Below, piece by piece: positions 1-9,352 of a stretch of DNA of 64,000 nt. Origin of the DNA: Candidatus Hermodarchaeota archaeon. GTDB lineage: Archaea > Asgardarchaeota > Lokiarchaeia > Sigyniarchaeales > SOKP01. Made by a program: the position numbers and the translations under genes. The number at the start of each line of letters is the position of its first letter. The stretch's first letter is position 1. The stretch is from assembly GCA_048885925.1 (NCBI GenBank), contig JBHLLG010000010.1, positions 831 to 64,830 on the forward strand, in the 5' to 3' direction. The notes under the pieces were generated by a model. That model saw only the letters and a program-made list of their open reading frames with translations. It searched no databases and was not told the origin of the DNA.

Positions 1-1170
1 CATATCTTCATAGATTTCATTTAAATTTCCTATACAAAATGGACAACTAGTTGTTAATATTTGAGCACCTGTTGAAATGGCTTCAGTTATTCGTTCTTTT
101 GAAATTTTAAGTGCTAATTCTGAAAATTGACTCTTTACACCTCCTCCTGCTCCACAACACCAGGCATTATTCTTATTTCGTTTCATTTCAATCAGATGAA
201 TTCCGGGAATTTTAGAAATTACCTCACGTGGAATATCATAAAGATTCATATGTCGTCCCAGATGGCAAGGATCATGGTATGTTACCTTTATTTCTTCCTG
301 CTCATTTGCTCTAAAAGGAATTTGGTTATTATTAAGCAAATCCACAAGTATCTCTGTAATGTGTTTTACTTCAAATGGTAATTGTTCACCTAATAATTCA
401 GGATAATCTTTTTTCCAAGTTCTATAACATCCAGCACAAGCTGTAAATAAAGTTTTAGCACCCTTATTCTTGAATATTTCAGTGTTTTGTTTAATTATTT
501 CAGTTAAAGATTTTTCATCACCAATGCGTAATGCAATGGACCCACAACATAATTCTTCTTTGGTCATTGCAATTTCTTTATCAGCTGCTTTAAAAATCTT
601 CATCATGCTTCTTAAGGTGTGAGTTTGTCTCAATGGCATTGTGCAACCACCAAAAAACATTAATTCACCATGATCTTTGATTTCAGGGAATTCTTTAATC
701 CATTCAAACTTCTTATTTTTGTATTCTCCATATGGATTTCTTTTCTCATCATCATCTATATATTCAATTAAATTTTGATGTCTTTCGAGAGGAGCGAAAC
801 CCGCTTCGACTAGATCTTTTCGTAATGCTTCCCATACCTTAACATGATCTATCCAATTGGATGTGGGAAGAATAATATAAGGATTCTGGGACATATGGCA
901 TACTTCAGTACAATTTCCACATTCTGAACATTGATATACCCATTCAGCGAGATCTTTGCTTAAAGAAATTTGTCCTTCTAAAAGACTCTTTAAAACATTC
1001 ATACGTCCTCTTGAGAAATAAATTTCAAAAGCTTCTTCTTCCTTTGCCTCTTTAACAGGGCAAGTTAGATATCTCCCAACAGCAGGTCTAATTGCATATC
1101 CACAATCTCCACAACCCATACAACTCATAATAGCTTTCCATTCTTTTTTTAAGTGTTTTAATTCACTCAC
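1..1170 (-). CDS. (Fe-S)-binding CCG-domain oxidoreductase subunit (GlcF/HdrD-like); C-terminus cut by the window edge
   Basis: Absent from the ORF track because it runs off position 1. The reverse-strand translation reads SELKHLKKEWKAIMSCMGCGDCGYAIRP...YQCSECGNCTEVCHM (two Fe-S Cys clusters), then MFFGGCTMP and AWCCGAGGGV...TSCPFCIGNLNEIYEDM (CCG-type Cys motifs). The likely start is GTG at 1170, overlapping the stop of the upstream FAD oxidase by 8 nt; an ATG alternative lies at 1128. Paralogous in layout to 10860..12248. Confidence 0.8.
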   Translation of the reverse strand, partial: MSELKHLKKEWKAIMSCMGCGDCGYAIRPAVGRYLTCPVKEAKEEEAFEIYFSRGRMNVLKSLLEGQISLSKDLAEWVYQCSECGNCTEVCHMSQNPYIILPTSNWIDHVKVWEALRKDLVEAGFAPLERHQNLIEYIDDDEKRNPYGEYKNKKFEWIKEFPEIKDHGELMFFGGCTMPLRQTHTLRSMMKIFKAADKEIAMTKEELCCGSIALRIGDEKSLTEIIKQNTEIFKNKGAKTLFTACAGCYRTWKKDYPELLGEQLPFEVKHITEILVDLLNNNQIPFRANEQEEIKVTYHDPCHLGRHMNLYDIPREVISKIPGIHLIEMKRNKNNAWCCGAGGGVKSQFSELALKISKERITEAISTGAQILTTSCPFCIGNLNEIYEDM

Positions 1171-2689
1171 TTTCTTTATCACCCCAAAAGTTAAATTTTC
1201 CTCTACTTAAAATCATATTTGGATCTAAAGTTTTTTTAATAGATTTCATTATATTATAATATTCTTCAGAATATGCCCCGATATCGACCATAAAACGAGA
1301 TAAAAACTCCCCCATCATATACCACTGAGTTCCATGCTTAATGACTCTTTCTAGAAGAGATTTCCAAAGTTTTAAATTCGTTTCTTCAATAGTTTTATGA
1401 AATTCACCATCATAATATCCCCAAAAAGTAACAAAACCAGATGTAATCTCTACATTATTTCCATCAATTAGGACTACAGGTCCACTCCCTGAAATTGGTC
1501 GAATTTTCGTAATTTTAAAAATCTCCTGCATGTCCTCATTATGTTCAACGTCCCATTGATCAATATCTCGTAAAATTTCTGGAAAGGAATTAATTGGGCA
1601 AAAACATTCAGCTGAGAGTGCTTGCATTGAAGGGAACATTCCCCATAGATTATGATAAAATTGCCAATGCCCTTGCTCTTCATAATGCCATTTAGCTATG
1701 TTTCCATCTGAAATTTCAGAACCTAAACATTCAGATTTAGTGTTTGCAATGATTTTATCCATTTGCTTAATCTTTTCGGCTAATTCAATCTCAGAATTTG
1801 CTTCTATTGTATAAAAAAAGATACCTCGTTTCTTTTTTAAATGTTCCCATAAAGGGAACATTTTCTCTTGTGAACCAAGAGCAATAACTACATCAGTTAT
1901 AAACATCGCATCATAAACATCTATTCCATTCCTTCTAATACCCGTCATTATTTGTGCTGCTGTTTCAGCAGATTTACGCGGCATTAAATATGTTTTATAT
2001 TCGGCAAATTTCGGTTTTGGAAAGACTTGTAAAGAAACTTTTGTCTTTACACCAAAAATACCATTATCTCCGCAGAATAACCCAGTTAAATCTGGACCAT
2101 TACCAAATCTATTAAATGGTAACTTTGAATATTTATTTGCTTGAGAACCTGTTTCAATAATTTCTCCTGTTGGAAGGACTACTTCTAATGATACTAATTG
2201 ATTCGTACAAACACCATATTTAGCACATCCACCTCCACCAACAGAATGATGAGAAATCCCACCGCCTATAGATGCACTCATTCCAGAACCAGGACCCATG
2301 CAACCGGTATAAAGTCCAAATTGACAAAGATATTCATTTAGTTTTCCCCATGAAATTCCTGCTTCAGCTGTAATAATTAGATTTTCCTGATCTAAATTTA
2401 AAATATTATTCATTCTTTTCAAATCTAATACAATTCCATTGTCTCCTATTGGTTTGCTTCCTCCAAATTCACAAATTCCAGCACCACGAGGAATTACAGA
2501 TATATCCTCTTCATTAGCAATTTTAAGTATTTCTGAGATTTCTTGAGCATCCTTCGGTCTTATCACAATATCAGGAATCCCTTGTAAAACGACATCTACA
2601 TTTCGAGAATAAGCATGACGCACATAAATATCATTAGAAATATATTTATCTGATACAATTTTTTCTAACTTTTGATAGATCTCCGACAT
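1163..2689 (-). CDS. FAD-binding oxidoreductase (GlcD / D-lactate dehydrogenase, FAD_binding_4 family)
   Basis: 508-aa ORF. N-terminal FAD-binding pattern RPKDAQEISEILKIANEEDISVIPRGAGICEFGGSKP and SHHSVGGGG. It is followed directly by a CCG Fe-S subunit gene with overlapping stop/start. Confidence 0.85.
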   Translation of the reverse strand: MSEIYQKLEKIVSDKYISNDIYVRHAYSRNVDVVLQGIPDIVIRPKDAQEISEILKIANEEDISVIPRGAGICEFGGSKPIGDNGIVLDLKRMNNILNLDQENLIITAEAGISWGKLNEYLCQFGLYTGCMGPGSGMSASIGGGISHHSVGGGGCAKYGVCTNQLVSLEVVLPTGEIIETGSQANKYSKLPFNRFGNGPDLTGLFCGDNGIFGVKTKVSLQVFPKPKFAEYKTYLMPRKSAETAAQIMTGIRRNGIDVYDAMFITDVVIALGSQEKMFPLWEHLKKKRGIFFYTIEANSEIELAEKIKQMDKIIANTKSECLGSEISDGNIAKWHYEEQGHWQFYHNLWGMFPSMQALSAECFCPINSFPEILRDIDQWDVEHNEDMQEIFKITKIRPISGSGPVVLIDGNNVEITSGFVTFWGYYDGEFHKTIEETNLKLWKSLLERVIKHGTQWYMMGEFLSRFMVDIGAYSEEYYNIMKSIKKTLDPNMILSRGKFNFWGDKESE

Positions 2690-2822
2690 TTCTGTATTCT
2701 CTCAATATATTTTTATAAAAACAATTTATAATAGAAACATTAAATTACTTAAATATATTCCAATTAAAGTTAAAGTAATAGATTCATAAGGAATTCATAA
2801 AAATAAATATATATGGAGCTAT

Positions 2823-2827
2823 AGGTG
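2823..2827 (+). promoter_or_regulatory. Shine-Dalgarno-like AGGTG 6 nt upstream of an in-frame ATT (putative non-canonical start)
   Basis: AGGTG matches the archaeal anti-SD complement. Spacing is comparable to GGAGG/GGTGG motifs upstream of the ATG starts at 10860, 30034, 58736 and 61532. Confidence 0.35.
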
Positions 2828-2833
2828 TAAGAA

Positions 2834-3118
2834 ATTTATTATCGAGGATATATTTTAATTCGTTTAAAGGCAATTGGCACAGAATGGAAAGTTGTTGATA
2901 AATTAATCAATTTAAAATCTACTGAACCAGATGAGGATTGGAAAATCACGTATGTAACACCAATCTACGGAGGTTGGGATGTAATGGTTGAATGTTCTTT
3001 TTCGAAGTTAAGAGATATAGATAAAATTGTTACTTTTTGTAGAATGGATAAAGATCTATCACAGTGGATAGAAGAAACGACTACATTAATGGGTTCCAAA
3101 AATGATTATATGGGTTAA
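2834..3118 (+). CDS. small stand-alone Lrp/AsnC-type ligand-binding (RAM) domain protein; no canonical start codon
   Basis: The open frame runs 2831..3118, bounded by TAA at 2828. It translates to (I)YYRGYILIRLKAIGTEWKVVDKLINLKSTEPDEDWKITYVTPIYGGWDVMVECSFSKLRDIDKIVTFCRMDKDLSQWIEETTTLMGS. This fits the beta-alpha-beta-beta-alpha-beta RAM-domain pattern (aYvLIk...G.yDv.v.v......l..iv...i....gv..t.T). The first ATG/GTG/TTG is the internal VMVEC Met, which would delete half the domain. Confidence 0.45.
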   Translation: MYYRGYILIRLKAIGTEWKVVDKLINLKSTEPDEDWKITYVTPIYGGWDVMVECSFSKLRDIDKIVTFCRMDKDLSQWIEETTTLMGSKNDYMG

Positions 3119-3147
3119 ATTTATTTTATATTTGATTTTGATAAAAT

Positions 3148-3780
3148 TTGGGTCCATTTAATTTGATTAAAGTAAGAAAGTACATGATCCTCGGTAGTTT
3201 ATTAATCATTTTAATTGTTCCAATATTTTTTGGGACATTTTTAAAATATTTAAGTATAAGAGAAATTAATGGTTATATAGTTCTTATTTTTATAATAGGT
3301 ATAATAATACTTTTATTTCTGAGTAAAATTATTGAAGTTTTTGTTTATAATAATGAAAATGTCGAAGTAATTAAAAAACAAGATGTTATGAATGCATTTA
3401 TCAATAGAAATAATAGAGTAATAATTTGGTTCTTCTTTCCAATGATTATAATAATAGAAGAATTGCTTTTTAGATATTACTTATTTGGTGTTTTAATTTG
3501 TTTTTTAAAATTTGAATTAATTGTAGTTATATTAATTTCAAGTTTGGCTTTTTCTCTTTTTCATATACACATCTGGTTTCGTTATAGGAATCTAAATATA
3601 TTTTTGATAAATCTTATTTATCCTTTTTTATTAGGACTTTTCAATAGTTATGTCCTATTAACATTTGGTTTATTACCATGTATAGCAATACATTATACTA
3701 TAGCACTCTATGCATATTATGGTATCTATAAAAGATATTTTAAAGCTTATTCTATAAAAAAGAATAAAAATTGTAGTTAA
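3148..3780 (+). CDS. CPBP-family intramembrane glutamic endopeptidase (CAAX-protease-like)
   Basis: Polytopic hydrophobic ORF with the family motifs EELLFRYYLFG (EExxxR) and FSLFHIH (FxxxH). TTG start at 3148; in-frame ATG alternative at 3184. Confidence 0.8.
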   Translation: MGPFNLIKVRKYMILGSLLIILIVPIFFGTFLKYLSIREINGYIVLIFIIGIIILLFLSKIIEVFVYNNENVEVIKKQDVMNAFINRNNRVIIWFFFPMIIIIEELLFRYYLFGVLICFLKFELIVVILISSLAFSLFHIHIWFRYRNLNIFLINLIYPFLLGLFNSYVLLTFGLLPCIAIHYTIALYAYYGIYKRYFKAYSIKKNKNCS

Positions 3781-3794
3781 ATAAAAAATTCTTT

Positions 3795-5525
3795 TTATTT
3801 TTTCCTTAATAGCTTTTTATCTACTTTTCCCACAGATGTAAGTGGTAATTGTTCCATAATTTCAATTACTTTTGGAACTTTATATTTAGCGAGGTTTTCT
3901 TGAGCGTATTTTAAAATGTCATTTTTAGTTTCTTCAGTGGCTTTAAAACCTTTTTTTAATTGCACATAAAGTTTTACAAATTCCGATCCAGGTCTATCTG
4001 GATCAGGAATTCCCACAGAAGAGCAAAGTTCAATTGACGGATGTTTATTCATTTTATCGTCTACTTCCACGCTAAAAACTTTAAAGCCACTTACATTTAT
4101 CATATCCTTTGTTCGATCAACTATTGTAATATATCCTTCTTCATCCATAACACCAACATCTCCAGAGTAGAACCAACCTTCAACTAGTGCATTCTTGGTT
4201 TCTTCTGGTTTATTCCAATAACCTTTAAATATTTGGGGTCCTCTAATTGCTATCTCACCAGCATCTCCTAAAGGAACTTCGCGAGTTCTATCGGTAACGT
4301 CAACTAACTTAACTTCAGTATTAGGAAAAGGAACACCTACAGTTCCGATTTTCTTTTTTCCTAGATATGGATTCATAGTGACTCCTGGAGATGCTTCTGT
4401 CATTCCATAAGCTTCTACTACTTTTCCCTTACCTACAACTCCTTCAAATTCATTTATACTTTCAGTGGGAAATGGAGCTGCTCCAGATAAATATCCTTCA
4501 AATGAACTTAAATCTAATTTTTTAAAGCGTCGGTTTTGTAAAAGCATAAGATAAAGTGTTGGAACATTATACATAAGAGATACTTTACCTTCATATTCTT
4601 TTAGTTTATTTACCATATAGTTTGTATCTCTGGGATTTGGTACTAATATTTGAGAACAACCTTGAGAAATTGTTTGTAAACAAAATTGCAATCCTGCTAA
4701 ATGAAAGAATGGAAACCCAGAGATATAGAAATTTTTGCCTGGTTTAAGCGCGGGCTCAAACCAATGATTTACAATTTGAATCATTGAGATTAAATTACGA
4801 TGAGTTAAAATAGCTCCTTTGGGAGGTCCAGTGGTTCCTCCTGTATATTGGAGTAATAATATATCATCTGGTTCAATCTTCACATCGGGGGATTTATCAC
4901 CTGAGTACTTCTCTATAATTTCATTATAAGTAAAATATTTAATTCCTTCTATTGGTTCGACTTTCCCATAAGGAATTTTTCCTATTTTTATTAATTGTTC
5001 TTTCATACTAGGTTCTAAATCTAATGGATCACCAGCATTAGTAGTAATCACTACTTTCACATCAGTTTTTCCTGATGAAAGAGCTTTTCCAACCTTTTCC
5101 TCGTAAAAGGAATCAAGCGTAATTATTACTACAGCACCGCAATCCTTTAGTTGATATATTATTTCACTTGGTTGTAAAAGGAAATTCATCCCAGATACAG
5201 TACATCCAGCATAGAAACTCCCAAATAAGCTTATAATAAATTGAGGGAGATTTGGTAAATTTATGACAACTCTATCTCCTTTTTTTACTCCATTTTCGAT
5301 TAAAAAATTCGCAAAACTGTTGATATATTTCTCAGTTTCTTTAAATGTTGCACATGCACCTTGAAAATCAAAACATAAACTATCTGTATAGTTTTTTACT
5401 GTTCTTTTCATCATTTCTGCTAATGAATAGATTTCTATGTCAATCTCCGGCTTTACATGTTTATCATACGATTTTAACCATATTTTTTCTGAATAGGGAC
5501 TGCTTTCCATTATTTTTTCTGTCAA
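3795..5525 (-). CDS. AMP-dependent acyl-CoA synthetase/ligase (long/medium-chain fatty-acid--CoA ligase-like)
   Basis: 576 aa. AMP-binding signature LLQYTGGTTGPPKGAILTHRNL. Also YGMTEA, GDVGVMDEEGYITIVDRTKD and a C-terminal KVDKK. Confidence 0.9.
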   Translation of the reverse strand: MTEKIMESSPYSEKIWLKSYDKHVKPEIDIEIYSLAEMMKRTVKNYTDSLCFDFQGACATFKETEKYINSFANFLIENGVKKGDRVVINLPNLPQFIISLFGSFYAGCTVSGMNFLLQPSEIIYQLKDCGAVVIITLDSFYEEKVGKALSSGKTDVKVVITTNAGDPLDLEPSMKEQLIKIGKIPYGKVEPIEGIKYFTYNEIIEKYSGDKSPDVKIEPDDILLLQYTGGTTGPPKGAILTHRNLISMIQIVNHWFEPALKPGKNFYISGFPFFHLAGLQFCLQTISQGCSQILVPNPRDTNYMVNKLKEYEGKVSLMYNVPTLYLMLLQNRRFKKLDLSSFEGYLSGAAPFPTESINEFEGVVGKGKVVEAYGMTEASPGVTMNPYLGKKKIGTVGVPFPNTEVKLVDVTDRTREVPLGDAGEIAIRGPQIFKGYWNKPEETKNALVEGWFYSGDVGVMDEEGYITIVDRTKDMINVSGFKVFSVEVDDKMNKHPSIELCSSVGIPDPDRPGSEFVKLYVQLKKGFKATEETKNDILKYAQENLAKYKVPKVIEIMEQLPLTSVGKVDKKLLRKK

Positions 5526-5702
5526 TTTTGATCAATTTTATAAATTTTTTTATCAATTATATTTAGTTTTAATAGTATTCTTATTGTCAGATTTATATAT
5601 AAAATTAATTGTAGGATACTTTAAAGAATTTAAAATAAAAATAAATTTAGTAAATGGTTTTAATTTATAGGATTCATTGAATAGGTTTTCTAAAGAATTA
5701 AT

Positions 5703-6569
5703 ATGGAAGTATTTTTTCGAGAATTAACACTTGAAGACATTCCAGCTATTAAGGATATTAGTAAAGATATTTGGGAGGGAGATGATTATATTCCTTATAT
5801 TATTCAAGAGTGGCTTCAAGAGAAGAACTGTATGAATTATGGAACTTTTAAAGACAAAGCTAAAACAGAATTAATAGGATTTGGAAGAGTGAAGTTCTAT
5901 GATAAAGAGATAGCATGGTTAGAAGGAGGAAGAATAAAAGTTACATTTCAAGGTCAAGGAATTGGAAAATTACAGCTTAAATATGCTATTGATTATGCTC
6001 GTAAAATTGGCGCTAAAGTTGCTCAATATGATACTTCATCTGAAAATCTTGCGTCAATTGCGCTGGCAAAATATTTTGGCTTCACTCAGAAAAAGAGTAT
6101 GGATCTTGTTCTTTTGAAATCTGAAAATGTTAAAACTCTTCAGAAAGTCCCTCAGAAATTTGAAGAACTTAAAGCGAATGATGTAAGAGAGATCTATAAA
6201 AATTTTGATAGTGGTCCTGGAGATGAAATTTGCATTGGTTGGTCATTTATTCCATTGAAATTTATAACTGATAAACATGGATCATGGATATATAATAAAG
6301 GTGCAATTTTACAAAAAATAAAACCTGGAAACTCTCAAAATTATGAGCTTCCGTTAGAACAAGAAATTTGGATGATTGTTTATGGAATGCCAAGCGCTGT
6401 GCGAGAACTAGTTGAATACACTATCCAAAACGAGCTCGAAACTAAAAAATCTATAATTTTTGAGGTTTTTTGCAAACCTAATGTAGTAAATCTCATAAAA
6501 GAAATTGGATTTAAATATCCTAAAGATAAACCATTTAGTGTTATTTTATTTGAGAAAAATCTTAACTAA
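5703..6569 (+). CDS. GNAT-family N-acetyltransferase with C-terminal extension
   Basis: Acetyl-CoA-binding motif VTFQGQGIGKLQLKYAIDYARKIGA (Q/RxxGxG/A) in the N-terminal ~130 aa. The C-terminal half is unassigned. Confidence 0.7.
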   Translation: MEVFFRELTLEDIPAIKDISKDIWEGDDYIPYIIQEWLQEKNCMNYGTFKDKAKTELIGFGRVKFYDKEIAWLEGGRIKVTFQGQGIGKLQLKYAIDYARKIGAKVAQYDTSSENLASIALAKYFGFTQKKSMDLVLLKSENVKTLQKVPQKFEELKANDVREIYKNFDSGPGDEICIGWSFIPLKFITDKHGSWIYNKGAILQKIKPGNSQNYELPLEQEIWMIVYGMPSAVRELVEYTIQNELETKKSIIFEVFCKPNVVNLIKEIGFKYPKDKPFSVILFEKNLN

Positions 6570-6637
6570 ATCTCTTTCTTATAAGGAAAAGAATTATTTA
6601 AAAAATAGAGCTATCTAATAAAAAAAAAAGAAAAAAA

Positions 6638-7147
6638 TTATTGGCTTTCAATAGCCATAGAATTTGCATGAAATCCTTTACCACAATGAATACAATAAGC
6701 AGTTCCCTTACTCGATAAATTCTGAAGCATTGAGTCTGAGAATTTATTACCACATTCACTGCAGTAGGCAACTTCCGTAGGTACAACTTGGTAAGTTTTT
6801 TGAACTGGTACGATTGGTTCCTCCTCTTGTATAACTTGAGGTGGATTTTTCTGCTCTTGTGATGGAGTGCAGCATTCAGGTTTGGGTTTTCCCGAAATAG
6901 CATAATATAAAGCTTCAAATATTTTGTAGAAAAGCAATCCAATACCCTTTAAAAGATAATAAACTCCTTTTAGAATATAATATACTAAGTAAGCAACACC
7001 TTTCAGAATATAATAAACAAGAATTACTGCAAGTGTTAATACCGCGAAAACGCCAATCAAAACAAGGACTTGAGCAAAAATCGGTTGTACTAAAAACCAA
7101 TCAACAATTTCTTGCCAAACAACACCAAAAACATAATGTTCATTCAT
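6638..7147 (-). CDS. membrane protein with C-terminal zinc ribbon
   Basis: Hydrophobic N-terminal half, Pro/Gln/Glu-rich linker, and C-terminal CSECGNKF...CIHCGKGF (CxxC...CxxC). The ORFs 6598..6942 and 6915..7100 overlap it in other frames and are treated as shadows. Confidence 0.6.
   Translation of the reverse strand: MNEHYVFGVVWQEIVDWFLVQPIFAQVLVLIGVFAVLTLAVILVYYILKGVAYLVYYILKGVYYLLKGIGLLFYKIFEALYYAISGKPKPECCTPSQEQKNPPQVIQEEEPIVPVQKTYQVVPTEVAYCSECGNKFSDSMLQNLSSKGTAYCIHCGKGFHANSMAIESQ
6945..7018. repeat. three imperfect ~21-nt copies encoding the heptad VYY(I/L)LKG inside CDS 6638..7147
   Basis: Plus-strand copies: ccctttaaaagataataaac, tccttttagaatataatatac, acctttcagaatataataaac. The peptide reads LVYYILKGVAYLVYYILKGVYYLLKG. 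Confidence 0.6.
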
Positions 7148-7307
7148 TTTCTTATCACTCCAAATTATAATTTTTATACTTAATTACAAGGAGATTTCTA
7201 TTAAATTAAAAAAATTTGGAGTCCAATTTTTAAAAGTAATTATCAAAAATTTAAACGAGAAATTGAAAATAAATTAGAAGAAGAAGGCAAAAAATATATG
7301 AGGTTAT

Positions 7308-8717
7308 TTACACTTGTTTTAATTCTTTAATTTTCTTAAATTCTTGCATCATTTTGAATGCTTTTATCGCATATTTTATTTGTGTCATTATTGGAATATC
7401 ATATCCTAAATCGGAGGATAGAGAGGCTTTCTTAAGGAAATCAAAAGTCCATTTAGATCCAAAACATACGCAAACACATGGCTTACTAAATTTTTTAGTT
7501 AATTCTTTAAGGTGCCTAAATTGTATCTTGGCTGTGTTTTCTGCCATTGATCCAAACATTTGAAGTGGCCATCTGGGGACTGAAAAAATGTATAAAATAC
7601 TGTTAACACTTTCATCTTCAAAAAGTGCTTTGATTGATGGCACAAAAGTCTCAAATATAGAAGGACCTAAATCAATCGTCCCTCTAATTGACACCCAATT
7701 TGGAATTACTGATCTTATTGTAGAGATTGTTTGTTCACTCAAATTTGCGAGTCTTAAACCTTGCTTTTCGATTTCATCACAAGCTAAAGCACCAAGACTT
7801 CCTGATCCGGTAATTATAGCAACATTTTTTCCATTAGGTAAAGGTTGATTTGCAAAAACTTGAGCTATATTAAACATTTCATAAAAATTGTTAACTCTAA
7901 AAACTCCAGAGTTTTGTTTTATTAAAGCATCATAAATCTTATCATTTCCTGCCATTGAACCTGTGTGACTATTAACTGCTCTTGAACCACTCTCACTTCT
8001 TCCATTTTTAAGTATTAAAACAGGTTTTATCATCTTTTTAAGAATTTCCCTAAAGTCTTTTCCACGTTTAGTGCCTTCTAAATATAAAGCAATTACTTCT
8101 GTTTCAGGATCTCTATTTAAATATTCAAGTAGATCCACTTCATCAATATCCACTTTATTTCCTATTGTAATCGTTTTGGAAAAACCAATTCCATTATCAA
8201 TCGCCCAATCAATAAATATATTTCCAAGAACTCCAGATTGAGCGATTACAGCAACTTTTCCTATGATTGCTTGATCAAAATCCATATCAGCCGTTGTAAA
8301 TTGATTATTAAAATTAGTTACTCCGATACAATTTGGACCAATAATACGAATTTTTGTCTCTTTAGCAATTCTTTCAATATCTTTTTGAATGTTTATATAT
8401 TTCTCATTTCCCGTCTCAGCAAAACCAGCTGTTTCTATAATTATTCCTTTTACTCCCTTTTCAACACAATCTTTAACAGCTTGAAGAACATATTCATTTC
8501 CAATAACAATTATAGCTAAATCAATTTCTTCTTGAATATCTTTAATATTTTTGTATACTTTATGCCCATGAATTTCTTGTTTTTTAATATTTACTGGATA
8601 AGTTTTAAATTTTGAATGTAATAAATATTTTGTTGTAGCATATCCGAATTTAAAAGTATCTGAAGCTCCAATTATAGCAATTGATTTTGGATTAAAAAAA
8701 ACATTAAGCTCATTCAT
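7308..8717 (-). CDS. ADP-forming acetyl/acyl-CoA synthetase alpha subunit (CoA-binding + succinyl-CoA-ligase-like domains)
   Basis: FFNPKSIAIIGASDTFKFGY (CoA-binding Rossmann start), IGPNCIGV and AVNSHTGSMAG (phospho-His loop region). The track ORF starts at 8774. The ATG at 8717 (MNELNVFFNPKS...) is more plausible because the extra 19 aa are AT-rich, promoter-like sequence (ATTTTAAAT about 20 nt upstream). Confidence 0.8.
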   Translation of the reverse strand: MNELNVFFNPKSIAIIGASDTFKFGYATTKYLLHSKFKTYPVNIKKQEIHGHKVYKNIKDIQEEIDLAIIVIGNEYVLQAVKDCVEKGVKGIIIETAGFAETGNEKYINIQKDIERIAKETKIRIIGPNCIGVTNFNNQFTTADMDFDQAIIGKVAVIAQSGVLGNIFIDWAIDNGIGFSKTITIGNKVDIDEVDLLEYLNRDPETEVIALYLEGTKRGKDFREILKKMIKPVLILKNGRSESGSRAVNSHTGSMAGNDKIYDALIKQNSGVFRVNNFYEMFNIAQVFANQPLPNGKNVAIITGSGSLGALACDEIEKQGLRLANLSEQTISTIRSVIPNWVSIRGTIDLGPSIFETFVPSIKALFEDESVNSILYIFSVPRWPLQMFGSMAENTAKIQFRHLKELTKKFSKPCVCVCFGSKWTFDFLKKASLSSDLGYDIPIMTQIKYAIKAFKMMQEFKKIKELKQV

Positions 8718-8773
8718 GATAATATTTAAAGGATGATTTAAAATGACAAAAAGATAAATTATAAGATTAAACA

Positions 8774-9130
8774 TTGAAATTAAAGATTAAGATTATTAAT
8801 CGCAATAGAAAAAATTCTGAAATCTTAAGGAATGGTGTAAAGGCTTTTAAACCGAATAAAGAGAACAATGAGAATCTCTTTAAAAAACTAACACTTGAGG
8901 GTGATTTAGTTAAATATTTACCTTTAAATAGCGATAAAAAATTGGAAAAACGCATTCTAAACCAAAAAGTTGAATTAAGTAATAAAAAAATGACACTTAA
9001 AGAAATTTATGAAGAGTTTTGGGAATTTATTAATAAAGATAATGATATTTTTCGTGAATTCATTAATCAAGACCATAGACGTAGAAAAACTTCTATGTTT
9101 ACTCATAAAACTGAATGTATGGCCATTTAA
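8774..9130 (+). CDS. hypothetical Lys/Asn-rich small protein
   Basis: ORF only (TTG start). No recognisable motif and low-complexity composition, so it may not be expressed. Confidence 0.25.
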   Translation: MKLKIKIINRNRKNSEILRNGVKAFKPNKENNENLFKKLTLEGDLVKYLPLNSDKKLEKRILNQKVELSNKKMTLKEIYEEFWEFINKDNDIFREFINQDHRRRKTSMFTHKTECMAI

Positions 9131-9352
9131 AATAATATTACTCTTAAAATTAACATTAATTTTAGAACATTTACTCCTTCTCTAAAAATCTATATTGCCT
9201 TTTAGAAATGAATCCTCATTTCTATAAGAAAAAGTCATAGTTTACATGAAAAAGATATAAGAAAATTTAAAATTCAGTACTTAATTTTCCAAAATAATAC
9301 TTTTAATTAAAAAAAAACATAAATATGAAGATTAATTAATAGGTTGGAAAAT

